Positions 53,744 to 64,000 of a stretch of DNA of 64,000 bases are shown in pieces (position 1 is the stretch's first letter; each line of letters begins with the position of its first letter). Source of the DNA: Eledone cirrhosa (lineage: Eukaryota); contig OZ024762.1 in the NCBI GenBank assembly GCA_964016885.1, positions 3,782,001-3,846,000 on the forward strand. The letters are read 5' to 3'. A program made the translations under genes and the position numbers. A model generated the notes under the pieces. The model saw nothing but the letters and a program-made list of their open reading frames with translations, did not search any database and had not been told where the DNA came from.

Positions 53744-54496
53744 GCATTGTTATAAAAGAAGAGCTGTTTTTCCATCTGTCTGTCTGTCGCACTTATATGT
53801 ATATAGTTCTGTAGGAGGAGTGAAAAGAGGAGGCAACAATTTTTTTTAAAGTTGATTGGTGAAAGGAGATAACTTATGTCATGGTTATAGTTTATCGCAA
53901 GCTTAAGAATCTACAAGGGCAAGAGGTAAATCTGTAGGTGGGGGTGAGGAACTAGTGGGGAGGGGGCACTACATTCTAGTAATAATAATAATTATGTATT
54001 TATTTATTTAGGCCTACTATTCTTTTGGCCGAATTTCCCCACTCTTTTTCTTTTGTGGAGGGGGAGCGTAATCTTTTATGTTCAAACTTGTTCTTCTAAT
54101 TCTGTTCCTTTCTCTCTCCCTCCCTCACTTTTTCCCCTCTTCTCTCCTCTCTTCCTCTCCCTCTCTCTCGTTTTCACTCCCTCTCTTTCTCTTTCTCTCT
54201 TGTTCTCTCTCACTCTCCCTCTCACATATAACAGCACCCTTTCACTGTTGACATTCCTTAAAAATTGATAATTCCAACCAACTGTCTAATCCCTTATCTA
54301 TCTATCTGTCTGTCTCTTTATCTATACATCTTTCTATCTATCTATATAAATAAATAAAGATGTCTATCTGCCTATCTATATGTCTGTCTGTCTATTTATC
54401 TATCTGTCTGTCTGTCTCTTTGTCTGTCTATCTATCTATCTATCTGTCTGTCTGTCTGGCTATCTATCTATCTGCACCCTTGTGGCAAATAAAGAA

Positions 54497-54546
<50 letters not shown>

Positions 54547-55414
54547 ATTTATCTATATATTTTACTCCAAATTGATTGGTTGGGCAGTTGATTGACTTTT
54601 ATTGATAATGGTGATCTGTATCAATATTAGTGCCACCTGACAGTATTTAGTTCGAAACCTGATGAGATCAATTTCATCGTTCATCTATTTAAGATTGATA
54701 AAAGAAGTGAAATACCAGTGATCTATAAACCTTTGGCACGTTCTAGGCGCCAATAGAGTAATCTCCCCTTAATACATAATGTAGTGTCAAGGGAAGCAAT
54801 TCATAAACATTTCTAGCATGTTGAAGGTTAAGAGTTGGTTTAGTCAATGACTCATCTCTCAGAAATAGCAGTGATCTATTGTTGGTTTAGTCCAGAGGTT
54901 CTCAAAGTGTGCCCCCCAGGGGGCACTGGGGCCTAAGGAGGTGGTAGGGGGTGGTAGAAATGATATAATAGTATATTAAATATCAAATTATACATATTAT
55001 ATATAAATATAATAAAATAAAAATATCTATTTATACATAGTGTAGTATTGGTAGAGGGTTGAACGCCATGCTTTGAGGCATAGAGTTACGGCCCTTGCCA
55101 TTCTGAGTTCAAATCCCGCCGAGGTTAACTTTGCCTTTCATCCTTACGGGGTCGATAAAATAAAGTACCAGTAATGTACTGGATAATTTCTGGCCTTGCG
55201 CCAATAGTAGAAACAATTATTTATTGACTAGTTCCTGCTTTCTTGCTCTGCCTGCTGCTCTGTGTTTATTGATTAGTTCCTCCTTTCTTGCTCTGTCAAC
55301 TGCCCAGTTTTTCTCGACTAGTTCCTCCTTTCTTACTCTGTCTGCTGCCCAGTTTTTCTCTATTAGTTTTTCCTTGTTTTGCTTTCTCTGCTGCTCAGTG
55401 TTTCTTGCTTAGTT

Positions 55415-55675
55415 CATCTTTTCACTCTCTGTTGTATAACAATTTATCTGTTAGTTCCTCCTTTCATTCTCTGTCGTATAACAATTTATCTGTTAGTTCC
55501 TCCTTTCATTCTCTGTTGTATAACAATTTATCTGTTAGTTCCTCCTTTCATTCTCTGTCGTATAACAATTTATCTGTTAGTTCCTCCTTTCATTCTCTGT
55601 CGTATAACAATTTATCTGTTAGTTCCTCCTTTCATTCTCTGTTGTATAGCAATTTATCTGTTAGTTCCTCCTTTC
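55415..55675. repeat. 42-bp tandem array, about 6 copies
   Basis: ttagttcctcctttcattctctgtYgtataacaatttatctg. Confidence 0.85.
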
Positions 55676-55736
55676 AAGCCTCTTTCTTTCTCAGCACATG
55701 TATACATACATTCATACATTATACAGCTACACACAC

Positions 55737-55769
<33 letters not shown>

Positions 55770-55772
55770 CAT

Positions 55773-55808
<36 letters not shown>

Positions 55809-55871
55809 CATCATCATCATCATCATCGTTTAACGTCCGTATTCCATGCTAAACGATCATGATGATGATGA

Positions 55872-55917
<46 letters not shown>

Positions 55918-56163
55918 AAAGTATATATTGATTTAAAAACTCACATCAGTCCCTTATAATCAAAATAGCTCAAGGAAAATATTTTCCGGGCCTTAAAGCT
56001 GCCTGGCTGTTGTTAGTTATCATAAATGGGTTGTAAGTCTTGTCAACCCTATTCTCTTCAGTCAGTATTGTCTTCACCTTGGTGGGCTGCATCCCCCCTT
56101 GTATTTTGAGCACATATATGTATATATCTGTGTTTGACACCCTTTATTGTATTATATATATAG

Positions 56164-56211
<48 letters not shown>

Positions 56212-56483
56212 GTCTTTTGTTTTATAACATGTTATGTTTTTTAAAACCATTGTTCACAATATTTTACAATGTTAGTTGTTGAAACAACTTTTTGACGATT
56301 TTGTTATTGTTGTTACTGATGTTGTTGTTATTGTTATTGTTGCCACTATTGTTGTTGTTGTTGTTGTTGTTAATACATTTGAGAACCTCTTTCTTACACA
56401 TGATTATTTTTGGTTTGAAATCTAACCCAGTTCCCACCTCATGGATCTCCTCAACGAGCTGGCAGAGGGTTACTGGTGATTAT

Positions 56484-56524
<41 letters not shown>

Positions 56525-59500
56525 AAGGAGGTGTTGTAAGGAACCAGATGGACCATAACGCACCAGAGTACTCAATACTTAGGGTAGTAGAGTGGGTAAT
56601 AGGAAAATGTTTAACCCCGACAGCAGAGCTCAAGCCGTTTCGACAGCTATTTCTGTCCAGAAATAGCCGTCAAAACGGCTTGAGCTCTGCCGTCGGGGTT
56701 AAACATTTTCATATATATATATGTGTGTGTGAGTGAGTGTGTGTGTGTGTCAAGGAGTATATTTTCTTTGAATTATTAACTAATTTATATGTCAAGGAAT
56801 TTGGATTCTTTGAGTTATTAACTTAGCATAAATTTCCCTACACTTGATATTAGTTTTAGAATAGTTATCCAAATATTTGAGGTCCATGGGTAATTCGCTG
56901 GTTGGACAGGATACTAAAATAGAGCAGTCGCAAGGCGTAGGTAAATATCCAGGTTCAAAATCCTCCCTTTCACCTGTCTAATAATTTTGGTTATCTATAG
57001 CTATTTATAGCTATTTTTTGAATGAATTACCTGCCTTTGAAGAGCTCTCGGATTAGTGGCCATCTTTATTTTTATAAGAGACTGAATGAGTTGGTGTGCA
57101 TAACCCAATGAAACGTAAGTACCTGATGTGTCACTGTTGTAACTAATTATGTATATATATATATATATATATATACATATATGTAATTATATATACATAA
57201 TTCGATTCACATCTGCTATACTGTCATATACACACTGGCATATACTAAAATATACATGCATAGTCTAACAGAAGGTTACAGGAGTCGATAAAATAAAACA
57301 CCACTAATGTACTGAGGGTGATCTAATCGACTTTCCCCTTCCCCAAAATTGTTGGCCTTGTGCCTAAATCAAATACCATTATTTATATATATATATACAC
57401 AGTTGTGTATATATATATTTGCGGAGGTTATGTTCCTAGAGCGCCCATGGAGAATGAAAACCGCAAATATTGGACATGGTCCATAAAAATGCTTATAAAC
57501 ATCAAAATATAATGTAAAATATAATAACAAGGGAGCATCTTATGTAAAGGGGTGTCCAATAGGCCGGCAAACATGGTATATTGTTGTTAATAATTTAGTG
57601 TTAAAAAGATATATATTGCCATGAAAAAAGACTTTTAAAAATTGCGTAAGGTATTTACGATTCCACGAATAATTATTAGTTTGGTTCTAAGGAAAATTCC
57701 ATGAATAACTGGGACCGCGAATGCTAGGAGTACACTGTATATATATATGGACACACACACACTGGTATATACACACAGACATGCACACATACTCAGACAG
57801 AAGGTTGGTGGTTATGATATATATATGTATATATCATCATCATCGTCTAATGTCTATCTTCCATGCTAGTATGGGTTAGATGGGAATTGTCCTACTTGAA
57901 GCAAGATTGATCGGGTGACCGTGTCTCGCTCGTATAGGACAGTATCTGGCAGGTTTTCTATGGCTGGATGCCCTTCCTAACACCAACCACATTTACAGTG
58001 TGGACTGGGAGCCTTTTTGCTGTGTCTCCTACACGACCACTTTACAGCGTGGACTGGATGTTCTGTGGTACCAACATAACTTTACAGAGAAAGGGTGGTG
58101 TGGGTGGGAGTGGGGGGATGGAGTAGGGGTAGTGGGTTGGTGTGTAAAACAAATAGCAGAGAGGAAAAAGATTCTTTCAGTAGAAAATGCTGAAGACATT
58201 CTTTCAGTATAAGTTAGTTGGCTGTTTTCCGGTAATCAAATCGATGAAACCTCTTTTCTCCCGTCCCCTGAACCTGGAATTTTGTGCTGAACATAGAATT
58301 AGCATTTCAGCAACCCTGAATCTTTTTGGGGCAAAATTATAAAATCAATTATATATATATATATATGGAACAGGAACAAAACAGAGAGGCAGTACAAACA
58401 AAGGCTTATTAGTTTCACGCTCTTGTGAGAGGGGGGGGGGGAGATATAATACATCTATGTATAACAAATTTCTAGTTGGTTGGTTTAATAACTGGTCTGT
58501 CACACATTCTGTGTGACAAATATAATGCACGGGTAACTCTTTACACAGCACACAATCCTCAAAAACCAGATGGTATAGGACTGAACAAAGGAATGACATT
58601 CAATAACAAATTGGTATATGTGTATATATGTATATGCATACATGTACATGTATACATGGATATGTATATATAACCCATGCTAGCGTGGAAGAACAGACGT
58701 AAAACTGTAATGAAGATGTATAGTTAATAAATGAAGCAAAACAAAATACTGTAAGCAAAATTAGTTACACTTGTATAAGTATATGTAACAGAGTTTTGTA
58801 GCTTGTTTGAGGCATTGTTGAATAGGAAACGCAAATTTAAATAATTTTGAAAGCCATACAATGCATTAGGAATAACATTAGATTGCCAAGATAAATTGGT
58901 TTTCAAAATTATTTAAAAGTATATGTATATATGTATATCTATATATAAATACATATATACGTATATATCAAATGAAAAAACGGAGAAAAAGACTCGCGTT
59001 AATCCCCTGTAATTTTATGAGCTCAAGGATAAATTTCCGGTCTCTTCATAATAGAGTATATAGAGAATAAAACACAAAAAGGGGTATGTTTTCAGTTACA
59101 AGGGGTATAGCACCACTATAGTGAAGAATATATGATCTACGAAGTAGTAAAATTAAAATTTAAAAACTCACTTTTATAACTATAAAACACCTGGACATTT
59201 TCAAAAAAGAGAATATTTCACCATACACAGTGTTGGTATAATACCTTCTCATGCCTTGTCAACAGGTGTAGAGAAGGTATAGCCAACACATCTAAAGAGA
59301 TTTCAGACAACTGATTAAAAGCACATGGTGAAGTTTTTATTGATTAGGCTCAGTTATAAAAGTGTCTATAACACAAATCTGGACACTGAGCCACCCAACT
59401 GTGAAACATTCTTACTGAGACTAATCAATAAAATCCTCAATATGAAACCTTGTTTTGTTCTTTATATATATGTATGTGTATATATATATATATCTGTATA

Positions 59501-60173
59501 CATATATGTATGTACGTATACATACTTACATTTAAGTATCAGCCGTACTAAGAGTGAGAAATGAAATTTCATTTCATTCTTTTCCATATATATATATATA
59601 TATATACACATACATATATATATGTATATATATATATATATGTATATGTATATATGTATATGTGTGTATATATATATATGTATGTATATGTGTGTATATA
59701 TATATGTATATATATATGTATGTATATATATGTATATATATATGTATGTATATGTATATATATGTATATATATATGTATATATATGTATATGTATATATA
59801 TGTGTATATATGTATATGTATATGTATATATATATGCAAGCAGGGAAAAGCGGACATAAAATTATATATATATATATATATATCTCCGTCCAAACCCATG
59901 CAAGCGTGGAAGATGGATGTTAAACGATGATGATGATGATGATGTAAAATGAATTTAACAGTTTTTGTCGGATATCCAAATAGGTCAAATGACTTTTCCA
60001 CAATATAATTGCTATATATACATAAACAAACGCATATATAAATATATATATATACATATATGTGTGTGTGTGTGTAATGTACTTTATCCTATGAGATTTG
60101 TGTCATAGTAGTTAGAGTAGTGGTGGTGGTTGTGATGATGATGATGGTGATAATAATTATAATAATAATAATA

Positions 60174-60225
60174 GGCTTTCCTGATGATTTCCTTCGAATG
60201 AAACAGTTCTAGTCCTGTAGAAGCC
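60174..60225 (+). ncRNA. Type I hammerhead ribozyme motif
   Basis: ggctttc CTGATGA t-ttc-cttc-gaa-t GAAA cag-ttctagtc-ctg TA gaagcc; GUA cleavage site. Confidence 0.75.
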
Positions 60226-61011
60226 ATTTCTATATTAAATTTTGTATATACTTTACTAATGTATTGAGTACATTACTTAATGTGGTTACCCTCGATTGAA
60301 TCCGGGACTTATATATATAATATATATATATATACATACACATACACACATATATATATTTACATTTACATGTATATTTACACACACATACACACACACA
60401 CCCACACACATATATATATATATATATATACACATATATTTGTATATCTCTCTATATATCTTTTTTCCACCATTCCACCCTACATATTTGCATTTATATT
60501 CCCACATTCTCCCTCTCCACCCCATACTATTGTCTGACAACCTACATTTCCACTGTATTATTACCCCTTCTCCTCCTCATTAATATTCTTCACTCTATTT
60601 TATCTGCTTACCTGTTTCTTCCATTATTCGAAGCCCTCTCTCATTCAAAGATACATACCTATATCTTCCTAGATTTACATACATTTTAACCTATATTCAC
60701 TCACCCCTATATTTCCCCCTAAATACATATATTTTAACCTATATTCCTACCCTAATTCTATCTATATATACTTATATATTAGCCTATGTTTGGTGCCCCT
60801 GATTTTTCCCCATTTTCCCTATATTTTAGCCTCTATTCCCACCCCTTTAACTTCAGATATTTACCAATGTATTAGCCTATATTTCACTATTTCACCCCTT
60901 ATTCTACCTACATTGGTAAATATGTATATATACACACATATACACATATGTGTGTGTGTATATATATATATACATACATACACACACACACATATATATA
61001 TATGTACACAG

Positions 61012-61042
<31 letters not shown>

Positions 61043-61077
61043 CACACACATATATATACATATATATATACACATAC

Positions 61078-61123
<46 letters not shown>

Positions 61124-61230
61124 TATTTTCCGTTGTGTTGTAATATAAATATTACACACAGTAGATTGACAGCTCACGTAGAGTTTGCTCGACGGTTCCA
61201 GTTGAAATTCCAAAAGTAATCCGGAGAAAA

Positions 61231-62530
61231 ATAGAAAGATTTGAATGGATACAGTTTAGTTGAAAGGAATTTATTGACACGTGTTTCTATAACAGTTACA
61301 TAACCTGAAAACAGCTGCTATCCACAAGCGATCAAAAGTTTACCCTAAAATGGGAGAAATTAGCTAAAACCCAAAGCTTTTCCAGGAGCCAAAATTTCTG
61401 CAAATTGTGTAATCTTGAGATTTATTACATAATCACACACAAGAAGAAATTGCTGAATAACAGAATTGAACGAACATTATTTTGCCGTCACCGAACTAAA
61501 ACCCTTTTTTCCCACTACAAGCCGAATATTACATAAAAGAGGGACATCCCCCCAACTATATAAACCTCAATCTAGTTAGAAAAATATAAAAACAATTTCT
61601 TCTCAACATATATATGTATATTAATAACCTCAAATTACCACACTAATAATGGAAAGATATGCTGATGAGAATAGGTGCAAAAATGCGATAATGAATGTGT
61701 CTAAAAGCGACCATAAGTATGTATATATATGTGAAAATGTATATAAATAAGTAAATATATATATGTTTGATGTGTATAGTTAGATGTAAGTGTATTCATG
61801 TATTAAAGTGCTTATATATATATATATATATATAGATGTATATGTATATGTATATATGTACACATAGACTAGAGTATGTATGTATATATGTGTGTGTCTA
61901 TACGTGTGTATATAAAGATAAGTTGAGTATGAAAATGTACACACGTGAACGCGCATGTATGTACATGAATACATGTGTGTATATGTATATGTATGCATGT
62001 GTATATGTATGTAAGTATGAACATGTTACTATGTGAATGTGAGTATATGTATTTTGTAGAGGGGTGCAAATATGTTTGTGTGAGAATGCGTGGGTGAAAG
62101 GATACGTACACTTGAAAGAAAAAATTTAAGTCTGAATGTTAATTAAGTGCAAACACAAAACCAACCACGCATATCTTTACTATCTCTAATCCCTCTATAG
62201 ATTTAGAAAAATAACCAATAATATATTCTATAAAATTCGGTCAAACTGTCAAAACAACAGATGGGAATCTAATTACTCACTGCTATCAAAAAACCACTCC
62301 CTCAACTATTCTTCTAACAACTTCACCCCTCTCTCCTAATATTCTCTATAAAAACCAAACAGGTCCTCAGTAATATTATTCTGATGAAATGACAGTAAAT
62401 AATAACATTGAAATATTGATTGTCTGCATAACTAATACTTTGTGGATAGCAGCTGTTTTCAGGTTATGTAAGTGTTATAGAAACACATGTCAATAAATTC
62501 CTTTCAACTAAACTGTATCCATTCAAATCT

Positions 62531-62536
<6 letters not shown>
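61231..62536 (+). mobile_element. Penelope-like retroelement 3' remnant with an inverted terminal-repeat fragment
   Basis: 61330-61536 encodes KWEKLAKTQSFSRSQNFCKLCNLEIYYI...LLNNRIERTLFCRHRTK, the pattern that follows the PLE GIY-YIG domain. 61231-61327 is the reverse complement of 62440-62536. (TA)n tracts lie on both sides. Confidence 0.7.
62376..62496 (+). ncRNA. Type I hammerhead ribozyme motif with long helix II, in a Penelope-like terminal repeat
   Basis: ttatt CTGATGA a-atgaca...(about 80 nt)...tgttat-a GAAA c-acat-g TC aataa. The inverted partial copy at 61231-61327 has the palindromic loop ACGT. Confidence 0.7.
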
Positions 62537-62571
<35 letters not shown>

Positions 62572-62684
62572 TGTATATATAGATATACACATACATATAT
62601 ATATAGATATATATATACACATGGATATATAGATATATATATATATATATATATATATAGATATATACATACATATATATATAT

Positions 62685-62725
<41 letters not shown>

Positions 62726-62736
62726 TATATAGATAT

Positions 62737-62789
<53 letters not shown>

Positions 62790-64000
62790 TATACACATAC
62801 ATACATATATATATGTGTGTGTGGGTGTGTATGTGTATATATTAGCCAAATCTTGTATTTTGTCTGCTGTAAACATTCCAATATGTACATAGTTGATATA
62901 GAATAAAGATTATATTAACTGCATATATTGTTCTCTCTAATTTATTCCATGTATTACTGCGGCTATGTGGAGATTAACCCTTTAGCATTTAAACTGGCTG
63001 TATCTGGCCACAATCCTCTCACCTCTTCTGTTCAAACCGGTCATATCTGGCCACAATCCTCTCACCTCTTCCTGTTCAAACCGGTCATATCTGGCCACAA
63101 TCCTCTCACCTCTTCTGTTCAAACCGGTCATATCTGGCCACAATCCTCTCACCTCTTCCTGTTCAAACCGGTCATATCTGGCCACAATCCTCTCACCTCT
63201 TCCTGTTCAAACCGGTCATATCTGGTCACAATCCTCTCACCTCTTCCTGTTCAAACCGGTCATATCTGGCCACAATCCTCTCACCTCTTCCTGTTCAAAC
63301 CGGTCATATCTGGTCACAATCCTCTCACCTCTTCCTGTTCAAACCGGTCATATCTGGCCACAATTCTCTCACCTCTTCCTGTTCAAACCGGTCATATCTG
63401 GCCACAATCCTCTCACCTCTTACTGTTCAAACCGGTCATATCTGTCCACAATTCTCTCACCTCTTCTGTTCAAACCGGCTGTAACTGGCCACAAATCTCT
63501 CACCTCTTCTGTTCAAACCGGCTGTAACTGGCCACAAATCTCTCACCTCTTCTAAAAGTAACCAATGGCAACCACAAGATATAATCAAGACAAGAAGAGA
63601 ATGCTGGGCCCAACTTTGGAGATGTTCGTACAGAAAAAATATGGTTGTGATTGTAACAAAAGACAACAGCTTAAGCCTTCAGCATTTAAACCAGCCATTT
63701 TTGGCCAGAATACTCTCACCTCTTTCTGTTCAAACTGACTGTAACCGGCCACTCATACTGATGTTAAGGTATTGATCTCAAAATAAATAATAGCAAAATC
63801 TCGTAGATTCAATATTTTGTGAGATATTTATGTGAGGTAAAGTGTTTACTGTGAATATACGATAGTAAATATAGAGTAATGTAAATGGTAAAGGGTTAAA
63901 CTTCATTATGGTGATGGCGGCGGCGATGGTGATGGTGATGATGGTGGTGGTGTAGACGGTGATGATGTTGCTGCTGCTGCTGAAGACGATGGTGATGATG

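Noticed and set aside
54655-54720. CTGATGA near GAAA (also at 61662)
   Set aside because: Could not build helices I-III or a correctly placed cleavage triplet.

Overview
AT-rich, microsatellite-dense animal genomic DNA. The repeat families and intron style point to a coleoid cephalopod, probably Octopus (inference). Three spliced genes can be reconstructed exon by exon with GT-AG borders and consistent phases. (1) The last four coding exons of a mitochondrial carrier of the SLC25A16/Graves-disease type (+, 2535-5177). (2) A complete 7-exon TFAM (-, 15721-8473, 281 aa) with an unusually long lysine-rich C-terminal tail. (3) A complete 9-exon carboxypeptidase E-like M14B metallopeptidase (+, 18294-51248, 526 aa). 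Introns and flanks are filled with tRNA-derived SINEs, RTE and R4/Dong-like LINE fragments, Penelope-like remnants, TTAA/piggyBac-like and other MITEs, and many young tandem arrays. The most notable signal is a set of type I hammerhead ribozyme motifs from several families, some with long helix II insertions or variant cores, tied to Penelope-like termini that form fold-back inverted repeats in (TA)n tracts. Also notable are a satellite built from the CPE exon 7 splice donor itself, arrays seeded from almost every resident repeat class, and a composite MITE present twice in inverted orientation. All calls were made by eye; no searches or folding programs were run.
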